Part shown: one piece after another, positions 9,325 to 17,327 of the stretch
Numbering within the stretch: the first letter of the stretch is position 1
Layout of the letters: each line of letters begins with the position of its first letter
From: an uncultured Gemmatimonadaceae bacterium
GTDB taxonomy: Bacteria > Gemmatimonadota > Gemmatimonadetes > Gemmatimonadales > GWC2-71-9
Assembly: GCA_964599725.1 (NCBI GenBank)
Contig: CAZRGT010000053.1
Coordinates: 5,680 to 69,679 of the forward strand
Direction of reading: 5' to 3'
Length of the DNA stretch: 64,000 nt
Notes under the pieces: generated by a model
What the model saw: only the letters and a program-made list of their open reading frames with translations
Told to the model about the DNA's origin: nothing
The model's database searches: none
Translations under genes and position numbers: made by a program

Positions 9325-10893
9325 TCAGGGCAGTTTGTGGAGCTCGACCCGCCGATTCTGGGCCCGCCCCGCAACCGTGGTGTTGGTGGCGACCGGACTG
9401 GTGGGGCCATACCCGCGAGCCACCATGCGGGACGGGGCCACGCCGCGCCGGGCGAGATAGGCCCGCACGGCGAACGCGCGTCCATTCGACAAACGCGTAT
9501 TGATGGCCGCCGAGCCCGTATTGTCGGTGTATCCGGCGATCTCGATGTTGATCTCCGGGTTCGCCACCAGCGAGGCCGCGACCTGGTCGAGCACGCGGTA
9601 GGAATCCGGCGTCAGCGCCGAGCGGCCGGTCTGGAAGTTGACCCCCCGCAGCACCAGCGTCGGGCGTGCCCCGGGCGTGCGCTCTTCCCTGAACAGGATG
9701 ACGCACCCCACCTGGTCCACGGGCGTTCTCAGAGGTGTGCCCGGGCACCGGTCCAGCCGGTCCTCGACGCCGTCACCATCGGAGTCGCGGGCGACCGGGC
9801 ACCCGCTGGGGTCGACTTTCACCCCCACCGGCGTGTTGGGGCACTGGTCGGGTCCGTCGGGCACGCCGTCGTTGTCGCCGTCCTTGGAGCAGCCGGTCGG
9901 GTCCACGATCACCCCGGCGGGCGAATCGGGACACTTGTCGATGCCGTCGAACACCCTGTCGCCGTCGGAATCCTTGGGGCAGCCGCTCACGTCCACCGTG
10001 GCGCCCAACGGCGTGTCCGGGCACTGGTCGAGGCCGTCGAGCACGCCGTCGCGGTCGACGTCGGCGGGGCAGCCGACGCTGTTCACCGTCGCGCCGGCCG
10101 GTGTGTCGGGGCACTGGTCGAGGCCGTCCGCCACGTGGTCGCGATCAGCATCGAGCGGGCACCCGAACGTGTCGATCTTGGCGCCGGCGGGCGTGTTCGG
10201 GCACTGGTCGATGCCGTCCACGATGCCGTCTTGATCGCCGTCGGACGGGCAGCCACGCACGTCGACCGTGGCGCCGAGCGGCGTATTGGGACACGCGTCG
10301 CCCTTGTCGGGCACGCCGTCGGCGTCCGTGTCGCGCGGCCCTTTCGGCTGCGCGGGGTGAGCGGAGCCGGATTGCAGGAAGGAGAATCCCATCAATCCCA
10401 CGATGTGCGTCGCGTGGCCGGTGGCGACGGCCGCCTTCGTGGACGGCGAATAGACGGCGCGCCCTTCCAGCAGCACGCCGACCCGGGTCCCGAGCGGAAC
10501 TCGCAGCCCCAGCCCCCCGTGGAAGCCGCCGTCCGTGAACGAAAAGGGCGCGCTCTTGCCGAAATCGATACGCGAGTACCCCGCGACCACGTAGGCCAGC
10601 AAGGGAAGTCGGACCACGAGGTTGACGCCGCCGATGAGCGGGTCCATGGTGGCGCCCGGCGAGCCGGGAACGTCTTGCTCGCGCTCGAACACGACGTCGG
10701 CGCCCAGGCCGAAGTGGCCCGTCACGAAATACGTCAATCGCGCGCCTCCGCCCAGACCGTTGGCGAGGTTGAACGCCTGGTCGTAGCGCGTGTAGGCGCC
10801 GAAGACCCCCAGCTCGAAGTCATTGTGCTGCTGGGCCACAAGCGTCGTCGCGGCGCCTGCCGCGAGCAATCCGGCCGATATGATCGCGCGCAC
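9325..10893 (-). CDS. OmpA-family outer-membrane protein with thrombospondin type-3 (Ca-binding) repeats
   Basis: A GTG start at 10893 follows GGAGGAGG by 6 nt. There is a signal peptide (AATTLVAQQ) and an N-terminal beta-barrel-like region. About 7 repeats of the DxDxDGxxDxxDxCPxTP type follow, for example DTDADGVPDKGDACPNTP. The C-terminal OmpA domain reads GYTDNTGSAAINTRLSNGRAFAVRAYL...NRRVEL. Confidence 0.85.
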   Translation of the reverse strand: MRAIISAGLLAAGAATTLVAQQHNDFELGVFGAYTRYDQAFNLANGLGGGARLTYFVTGHFGLGADVVFEREQDVPGSPGATMDPLIGGVNLVVRLPLLAYVVAGYSRIDFGKSAPFSFTDGGFHGGLGLRVPLGTRVGVLLEGRAVYSPSTKAAVATGHATHIVGLMGFSFLQSGSAHPAQPKGPRDTDADGVPDKGDACPNTPLGATVDVRGCPSDGDQDGIVDGIDQCPNTPAGAKIDTFGCPLDADRDHVADGLDQCPDTPAGATVNSVGCPADVDRDGVLDGLDQCPDTPLGATVDVSGCPKDSDGDRVFDGIDKCPDSPAGVIVDPTGCSKDGDNDGVPDGPDQCPNTPVGVKVDPSGCPVARDSDGDGVEDRLDRCPGTPLRTPVDQVGCVILFREERTPGARPTLVLRGVNFQTGRSALTPDSYRVLDQVAASLVANPEINIEIAGYTDNTGSAAINTRLSNGRAFAVRAYLARRGVAPSRMVARGYGPTSPVATNTTVAGRAQNRRVELHKLP

Positions 10894-10954
10894 GTGAAGC
10901 CTCCTCCCCCGCAAAATAGGAAACGCCGGGCCGCCGCGCGACATCCGGGGTGCG

Positions 10955-12409
10955 TCAGGGCAGTTGATGCAGCTCCACGCGCCGGTTCCCCGCCCTTCCG
11001 GCAGCCGTTTCATTGGAGACCACCGGATTCGCCGGGCCGTAGCCCTTGGCCTCCATGCGCTCCGGTCCCACGCCTTTTCGGGCGAGGTGGGCCCGAACCG
11101 CCAGGGCGCGGGCGGCGGAGAGCCGTCTGTTGACCGCCGCCGATCCGGTGTTGTCCGTGTAGCCGGCGATTTCGACCCGTACCTCCGGATGCGCCACGAG
11201 AGACGCCGCGACCTGATCGAGCGCGTCGTAGGAGGTCACAGTCAGCCGCGAGCGTCCAGTCTCGAAATTCACGCCCAGCAGAACCAGCGGCTCGCGCTCG
11301 GTTTTGAACAGGATCTGACATCCGACCGCGTCCACGGCCGTTCCCAACGGGGTCTTGGGACACTTGTCGTGATCGTCATCCACGCCGTCGCCGTCGGCAT
11401 CCATCACCAGCGGGCACCCGGTTGGGTCGACCGCCGTGCCGGGCGGAGTGCCGGGGCAGCGGTCGAAGCTGTCCGGGACGCCGTCCCGGTCGGTGTCCTT
11501 TGGGCACCCCACGTCGTCAACGGGGACGCCGGCCGACGTTCCCGGACAGTGGTCGCGTGTGTCGTTCACACCGTCGCCGTCGGCGTCTTTCGGGCATCCG
11601 CGCGCGTCCACCGGTACGCCGGCCGGCGTGTTGGGACACTGGTCAATGCCGTCGAAAACGCCGTCGATGTCGGAGTCTACCGGACAACCGACGGAATCGA
11701 CGAACACGCCGGCCGGAGTATCGGGGCAGCGATCCATCCCATCCCAATGGCCGTCGGCGTCCGAATCCGAAGGACAGCCCATGCGGTCGACGCTGGCGCC
11801 GAAGGGGGTGTACGGGCACGCGTCGCCCGCGTTGGGCACGGCGTCGCGATCGGTATCGGGCGGCGGGCCGCCCGTCGTGAAATAGGACACACCGGCGGTG
11901 GCCACCAGGTGACCGGCGCCGCGGCTGGGGGGCAGGTGGGAATTGAAGGTGTACAGGGCGCGAAAATCGGCCCGCAACGCGAGGCGGCTCGCGAGGAACA
12001 TCCGGCCCCCCAGCCCCAATACCGCGGCATTGTCGGTGAAATGCCGGGGTGGCGTGCCGCGGAACTGCGGCCGGGCATAGCCACCGAGCAGGTACCAGGT
12101 CGGCTGATCGTCACCGACGTTGTACAGGATATGCGCGCCGGCGAGCGTGAGCGACGTGTTGGTGGTGACGCCCTGATTCGGCGCCCGTTCCGTGCCGACC
12201 TCGACCTCGATCTCCCACGCGGGGCGGAAGAAATACCCGATTCGTCCACCGCCCCCCACGCCCGCCCGCAAGTCGAAGCGCGGCGTGAAGGACGCGAGCG
12301 ACCCGAAGGCGCCGAACTCTGCACCACTCGGCCGCTGCGCGGAGATGTCGGAGACGGCGGGGACGGTAGCGAGGGCGAGCAGGGTGAGCGCGTGTCTCTT
12401 GATCACCAT
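10955..12409 (-). CDS. OmpA-family outer-membrane protein with thrombospondin type-3 repeats (tandem paralogue)
   Basis: The start is ATG 12409 (MVIKRHALTLLALATVPAVS), 1 nt after the upstream stop. The architecture matches 9325-10893: DTDRDAVPNAGDACPYTP-type repeats and a C-terminal GYTDNTGSAAVNRRLSAARALAVRAHL...NRRVEL. Confidence 0.85.
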   Translation of the reverse strand: MVIKRHALTLLALATVPAVSDISAQRPSGAEFGAFGSLASFTPRFDLRAGVGGGGRIGYFFRPAWEIEVEVGTERAPNQGVTTNTSLTLAGAHILYNVGDDQPTWYLLGGYARPQFRGTPPRHFTDNAAVLGLGGRMFLASRLALRADFRALYTFNSHLPPSRGAGHLVATAGVSYFTTGGPPPDTDRDAVPNAGDACPYTPFGASVDRMGCPSDSDADGHWDGMDRCPDTPAGVFVDSVGCPVDSDIDGVFDGIDQCPNTPAGVPVDARGCPKDADGDGVNDTRDHCPGTSAGVPVDDVGCPKDTDRDGVPDSFDRCPGTPPGTAVDPTGCPLVMDADGDGVDDDHDKCPKTPLGTAVDAVGCQILFKTEREPLVLLGVNFETGRSRLTVTSYDALDQVAASLVAHPEVRVEIAGYTDNTGSAAVNRRLSAARALAVRAHLARKGVGPERMEAKGYGPANPVVSNETAAGRAGNRRVELHQLP

Positions 12410-12410
12410 T

Positions 12411-13850
12411 TCAGAACCCCCATGCGCCGTCGCGGCGCAGCCGGGTCGCGAGATCGATTCCGCCGAGCACGATGCCGTGCCACGAGCCATCCGCGTCGAT
12501 CCAGCTCGCACCCGCCGGTCCGATGAGCGTTCCCCCACCGGCGCCGGCGATCGAGTTGGCGCCGACCGGACCGGTAAAACCGCCGAGTGAATCTCCACCG
12601 ATCGCCGCCGCCAGCGTCTCGGCGGAATTGGTGGCCGCCCCGCCGTACAGGCCACCGACGATGAGGACCGCGTCGCCGAGCGGTAACGTGGCGAATTGCG
12701 AACGCCCTTCTGGCAGGGGCGTGCCGGCGACGGCCCATGCCCCGCTCAGGAAGCCGGACGCGAGACTCACGCGGGCCGTATCGGCGGCTGCGAGCCGGAG
12801 CGGCGCGGCGCCCAACCCTCCGCCCAGCGGAGCGCTGTCCTGAATCCCACCGAACACGACGACGTGATCGTTCAGCACCACACCACCGCCATACGCGCGG
12901 GGGATGGGGAGCGCAGGCTGAGTGTACCAGCCGTCGACGTGCCCATCGACACCGATGCGCCCGACGAACACGTTGGACTGCGGGCGGCCCAGCGAATCCG
13001 CCCCTCCCATGACGTAAATCCGGCCGCGGCGGACCACGGCGATTGCCCCGGCACGCGGCGCGGGGAGCGGCTCGATGGCGACGAAGGCTCCGATGATGGT
13101 GTCGCTCGTCGCCAGCGCCTGAAACACCGTGGCGCGCGCCCGGCCAGAGGAATCGCTGCCTCCGAACACATAGAGGGCGCGGCCGTCGAAGCGTGAATTG
13201 TAGCGATTGCCGAATGCCGCCGCCGCGAACGCGCGTGGCGCGGGCAAATCACGCGGTTGACTCCAGGGGCCAATCGTGCCACCGGAAACGGCGCGGGCGA
13301 CGAAGACCGCCGAACCCGGCACCATGACCGAATCGCCCCCGAGCGGTTCCGCACCTCCCGCGGCGTAGAGTGTGACGTTGAGCACGGCACCCGTGGGTTC
13401 GACACCGGTGGTGAGTGCCACCCCTACGGGGGCGCGGGGAAACGCGGTGCGCGCCTGCCAGGTGAGTGACGCGGGATCAAAGCTGACGCGCGGCACCACG
13501 TGCACGGTTGCCGTGAGCGTGCGCCCGCCAGCGGACGTCACGGTCAGCGCCCCGCTGGCCGCGCTGTCCGGTACCGAGAGCCGGATGGCGCGGTCGCTCC
13601 ACGCGTCGACTACGGCGGCCGGAGTCCCGCTACCGATTCGACGGAAGTGGACCGAGCCGGTGGCCTGGCTGTCGCCGAAACCGAATCCTTCGATCACGAT
13701 GGACGCACCAGGCACCAGCAATGGCTCGATGGCTCCGTCGACGTAGTCGATGCGGGGAGTGAATGGCGATGGGCCCGCGGCCTCGCCGCCGCAGGCCAGG
13801 GCGGCCACCAGCGTGGCCCAGGTGACACTAGCGCTGTGCGTCCGGGCCAC
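12411..13850 (-). CDS. IPT/TIG + Kelch-repeat lipoprotein
   Basis: After a lipoprotein-like leader ([12 protein letters not shown]) comes an IPT-like segment ([19 protein letters not shown]...ALTVTSAGG). Repeated Kelch-like blades follow ([28 protein letters not shown]). The start is uncertain: I favour GTG 13850, and the tracked ATG 13925 would overlap the upstream gene by 98 nt. Confidence 0.65.
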   Translation of the reverse strand: MARTHSASVTWATLVAALACGGEAAGPSPFTPRIDYVDGAIEPLLVPGASIVIEGFGFGDSQATGSVHFRRIGSGTPAAVVDAWSDRAIRLSVPDSAASGALTVTSAGGRTLTATVHVVPRVSFDPASLTWQARTAFPRAPVGVALTTGVEPTGAVLNVTLYAAGGAEPLGGDSVMVPGSAVFVARAVSGGTIGPWSQPRDLPAPRAFAAAAFGNRYNSRFDGRALYVFGGSDSSGRARATVFQALATSDTIIGAFVAIEPLPAPRAGAIAVVRRGRIYVMGGADSLGRPQSNVFVGRIGVDGHVDGWYTQPALPIPRAYGGGVVLNDHVVVFGGIQDSAPLGGGLGAAPLRLAAADTARVSLASGFLSGAWAVAGTPLPEGRSQFATLPLGDAVLIVGGLYGGAATNSAETLAAAIGGDSLGGFTGPVGANSIAGAGGGTLIGPAGASWIDADGSWHGIVLGGIDLATRLRRDGAWGF

Positions 13851-15954
13851 GGATGAAGTCCACCGCCTGCGCGAGACGCTCCGCGACGCCGGAGAGCTCG
13901 GTCGCGCCCTGGGCCAGGTCTTCAATGGCCCGCATCTGCTCGGCGGCGGCGGCGGCCACCGTTTCGGCTTCCTGGGTCGAGGCCGAAGCGCCAGCTTCGG
14001 CCTGGGTCAACGATTGTGTCATGCGCGACGCTCGCTCGGCGGTCGCCCGGGCGACGTCCGCGACGCGCTTGCCTGCGCGGGCCGTGCCCGCCGCGACGTC
14101 GGTGATCCGGTCGAGATCGGGAAGCAGCGCCGCCGACGTGTCGACGACGGAGCCGAGCTCCGCGCGGATGCGCTCCAGGAGCTGGGCGGCCCGGTCCAAT
14201 GCGCGCAGCGTTTCCTGGACCGCCTTGCCCACGTTGCGTGCTTCGCGTCCCGCCTCGTCGGCGAGCTTGTGCACTTCCTCGGCGACCACCGCGAACCCGT
14301 GGCCGTGCGACCCGGCACGGGCTGCCTCGATCGTGGCATTGAGCGCGAGCAGGTTGGTCTGGTTCGCGACGAACCCGATCGCTTCCGAAAACTTTTCGAC
14401 CCGCGCGGCCACGTCGCGAAGCCGCGCCATTTCCGCGGCGCCTTCTTCCGTCGAACGGCCGAGATCGGTCAGGCGGCGCACGGCTTCCTGTGTCGCGACA
14501 CGGACGCGGCCGGCCGTTCGCTCCACCTGTTCTCCGGCTTCACGCGTCTGGTCGCCGGCGGAAGCGACCTCCACGGCGCCGCGTTGCAACTCGCCCGATT
14601 CCGTCGCTGCCGCGGCGACCAGCTCCGTGGCCTGACGCGCGCCCTGGCTCGCTCGCTGCGCCGAGGCCGCGACTTCCTGACTGGAGGCGTGGATTTCCTG
14701 CGTGGTGGCGGTGATGGTCTGCACGTACTGCGTCGTCTGGTCCGATGCACCGACCACCGGCTGGATGGAGCGCTCCAGTGCCAGGATGAGCGCGATCTGC
14801 GGTGCCGCCAGGCTCAGGATTTCGGCGTCGCTGTCGCGATACATCCATGGATCGGAATGGCGGATGCTCCAGAGGCCGATCAGCTGCTCGCCGTGAAACA
14901 GCGGAACGAGGATTTCCGATCCGGTCCGGTCCCCGCCGGGGGAGATGGCGTCGCCGCGGCCCAGGTTGCGGGCCACGACCGGCCGGCGCAAGCGCACCGC
15001 TTCACCGGTGAGGCCCGCATCGGCGTCGAAGCGGAAGGTGGCGGTGACGCCGTCCCGCATCGCGGTGTCGGCCACCAGCTCCATTTCCCGCCGTTTCGGG
15101 TCGAAGCGGGCGAACCCGATGTGCTCCCAGGCGACCAGTCGCCGGGTGAAGTCCTGAATGTGGCTGAAGGTGCGGGCCAGGTTGATGTCGGTCGCGATCG
15201 CCAGGGACAGCCGCTGCACCAGCGACAGCTCGTCCGCGTGAACGCCCAGGCGGATGACGTACGCCGATACGACCGTCGCGCCCGCCAGGGCGGCCGCGAT
15301 CAGCAGTGCCGAGGCGAGCGACAGGGACGAGTGCAACAACCAAAACCACGCCAGCGCGAGGCCGACGGAGGTGAAGTAGACGACCGTCTCCCAGCGTGCC
15401 GTTAAGCGAGCGTCGACCCAGGCGATGGCCCGGCTCACGGTGAGCTCGAGGTAGAACGAGCCGTTGACGATCACCATCATGAGGAGGACGAGCGCGGCGA
15501 TCGGTCCCACGTTGTCCGGTTCCAGCGCCAGCGGTCCCGTGGCACCGCCGAGCTGTTCGTAGATGATGCCGGCGAGCGCCGAACCGGCCGTGAGGTGTGT
15601 CGCGTTGGAACCGGCGAGGCGGAGCGGGAGACGCCGCAGGACGACGTCTCCCAGCACCGTGAGCAGGGGCGCCACGAACGCGGCGAACTCCCAACCGCGC
15701 TCCATCACCGCATACGTGGTGACACCCAGCACATAAGAGGAAAAGCCGTTGCCCGGCAGCGCGATCCCGAACCGTCGTGTCAGCGAGCCGGCGACGACGA
15801 GCCCGAGCAGGGCGAGAGGAAAAGTGCCGCCGGTGGAAAGCCGCCCGGTTGCGTACCCGGAGAACGCGACCCCGACGGCGAGCAACGCACCCAGCGCCAC
15901 GACGCTGGGGACGAGAGACGCGGGCGCCGTCCTGAGACGGAGAGACGGGCTCAT
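13828..15954 (-). CDS. methyl-accepting chemotaxis protein with multi-TM N-terminus and GAF domain
   Basis: About 7 hydrophobic helices at the N-terminus are followed by a GAF-like region ([18 protein letters not shown]). The canonical MCP signalling hairpin is present: [38 protein letters not shown]. Confidence 0.9.
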   Translation of the reverse strand: MSPSLRLRTAPASLVPSVVALGALLAVGVAFSGYATGRLSTGGTFPLALLGLVVAGSLTRRFGIALPGNGFSSYVLGVTTYAVMERGWEFAAFVAPLLTVLGDVVLRRLPLRLAGSNATHLTAGSALAGIIYEQLGGATGPLALEPDNVGPIAALVLLMMVIVNGSFYLELTVSRAIAWVDARLTARWETVVYFTSVGLALAWFWLLHSSLSLASALLIAAALAGATVVSAYVIRLGVHADELSLVQRLSLAIATDINLARTFSHIQDFTRRLVAWEHIGFARFDPKRREMELVADTAMRDGVTATFRFDADAGLTGEAVRLRRPVVARNLGRGDAISPGGDRTGSEILVPLFHGEQLIGLWSIRHSDPWMYRDSDAEILSLAAPQIALILALERSIQPVVGASDQTTQYVQTITATTQEIHASSQEVAASAQRASQGARQATELVAAAATESGELQRGAVEVASAGDQTREAGEQVERTAGRVRVATQEAVRRLTDLGRSTEEGAAEMARLRDVAARVEKFSEAIGFVANQTNLLALNATIEAARAGSHGHGFAVVAEEVHKLADEAGREARNVGKAVQETLRALDRAAQLLERIRAELGSVVDTSAALLPDLDRITDVAAGTARAGKRVADVARATAERASRMTQSLTQAEAGASASTQEAETVAAAAAEQMRAIEDLAQGATELSGVAERLAQAVDFIRGPDAQR

Positions 15955-16014
15955 GCGATGCGCGCAAATTCTGCCGTGTGGCGCGGCATGTCAAGCGCCG
16001 CTATCGTTCCCGCC

Positions 16015-16251
16015 ATGCGCGTGACCATCGAGTTTTGCGTCGTCTGAAACTATGAACCGCGGGCCGCCGGTCTGGCGGCCGAGATTCGGGTGGCGTTTCC
16101 GCAGGCAGAAGTCCGGCTGATCGAGTCGTCGGGCGGGGTGTTCGAAGTCGAGCTGGATGGCCGTCGCGTCTTCTCCAAGAAAGCCCTCAAGCGTCACGCC
16201 AAGCCCGGGGAAATCGTGCCGCTGCTGCGGGAGTCCGGCACTCACCAGTGA
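16015..16251 (+). CDS. SelW/Rdx-family selenoprotein (in-frame UGA = Sec at codon 11)
   Basis: Reading through TGA 16045-16047 gives MRVTIEFCVV-U-NYEPRAAGLAAEIRVAFPQAEVRLIESSGGVFEVELDGRRVFSKKALKRHAKPGEIVPLLRESGTHQ. This carries the CxxU redox motif after beta-1 and the GGxFEVxxDGxxVFSK signature of Rdx/SelW-like proteins. The stop TGA 16249-16251 overlaps the pfkA GTG. Confidence 0.8.
16062..16080 (+). promoter_or_regulatory. candidate bacterial SECIS hairpin
   Basis: GGCCGCC-GGUCU-GGCGGCC forms a perfect 7-bp stem. It starts 14 nt after the UGA. The apical loop contains GGUC, as in the E. coli fdhF SECIS loop, and the loop G-U lies about one codon further from the UGA than in fdhF. Confidence 0.6.
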
Positions 16252-17315
16252 AGATTGCGATCTCTACCGGAGGCGGCGACGCCCCCGGCTTGAACGCCGT
16301 GATCCGGGGAGCGGTGCTCTCGGCGGTCAACCGGGGTTGGCAGTGCGTCGGCGTGCGGCGTGGCTTTGGCGGGCTCCTGGGGGAGGACCTGCTTGTGCCG
16401 CTGGGCGCGAGCGAGGTCCGCGGCATCACGCACACCGGCGGCACGATTCTCGGAACCACCAACCGCGGCGATCCGTTCAAGTGGCGCGAGCAACGGCCCG
16501 ACGGGACCTGGACCGAGCGCGACCGCTCCGATGAAGTGGTCACGGCGTTCCGGGTGTCCGAGCTCGACGCGCTCGTGGTCATCGGCGGTGACGGCTCCCT
16601 CTCCATCGCCCAGCGCCTCATGAGCAAAGGCCTCCCGATCGTGGGCGTGCCCAAGACCATCGACAACGACGTCGGCGGCACTGTGGCCACGTTCGGCTTC
16701 GATACGGCCGTGGGGACGGCGACCGACGCTATCGACAAGCTCCATTCCACCGCGGAAAGCCACGAGCGGGTTATGGTCGTGGAGGTGATGGGCCGCAATG
16801 CCGGCTTCATCGCACTGCACTCGGGGATCTCCGGCACCGCCGACGTCATTCTCATACCGGAGATTCCGTTCGACATCACCAAGGTGTGCGAAAAGATTCG
16901 GGAGCGGGAAACGCAGGGGCGTCACTTCAGCATCGTGGTGGTGGCGGAGGGCGCGTTGCCCCGGGGGGGCACCGAGAGCTACCTCGACACGGAGGGTCGC
17001 CGGCTCGGCGGCATCGCCGAAAAGGTGGCCGCGTCGATCGAGCATCTCACCGGGAAGGAAACGCGCTCGCTGGTGTTGGGGCACTTGCAGCGGGGCGGGA
17101 GTCCCACCACGTTCGATCGCCTGCTGGGATTGCGCTTCGGCGCGGCCGCGGTGCGGCTCGTGGCCGAGCGGAAGTTCGGCATGATGGTCGCGCTGCAGCC
17201 ACCGAACGTCGTCTCGGTGCCCATTGCGGAGGCGCTGTCCAATCCGAAGCGCGTCGCTCTCGATTCTGACGTGATCGCCACCGCTCGCGAGATCGGTATC
17301 AGCTTCGGGGACTAG
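16248..17315 (+). CDS. pfkA: ATP-dependent 6-phosphofructokinase
   Basis: MKIAISTGGGDAPGLNAVIRG, VIGGDGSLSIA (GGDGS indicates the ATP-dependent type) and VGVPKTIDND are all present. Confidence 0.92.
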   Translation: MKIAISTGGGDAPGLNAVIRGAVLSAVNRGWQCVGVRRGFGGLLGEDLLVPLGASEVRGITHTGGTILGTTNRGDPFKWREQRPDGTWTERDRSDEVVTAFRVSELDALVVIGGDGSLSIAQRLMSKGLPIVGVPKTIDNDVGGTVATFGFDTAVGTATDAIDKLHSTAESHERVMVVEVMGRNAGFIALHSGISGTADVILIPEIPFDITKVCEKIRERETQGRHFSIVVVAEGALPRGGTESYLDTEGRRLGGIAEKVAASIEHLTGKETRSLVLGHLQRGGSPTTFDRLLGLRFGAAAVRLVAERKFGMMVALQPPNVVSVPIAEALSNPKRVALDSDVIATAREIGISFGD

Positions 17316-17327
17316 TCGATTGCGTTT

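Noticed and set aside
6918-9503. An 861-aa ORF on the plus strand. Similar long antisense ORFs occur at 9082..11133 (+), 10964..12526 (+), 13750..15405 (+), 23593..26364 (-), 37352..39232 (-), 52552..54433 (+) and 62093..63370 (-).
   Set aside because: Each lies exactly opposite a gene with strong family motifs (M14, OmpA/TSP3, MCP, Lhr, DnaE2, methyltransferase, DUF1111). Each has an Arg/Gly/His/Pro-biased composition, as expected for stop-poor antisense frames in very GC-rich DNA.
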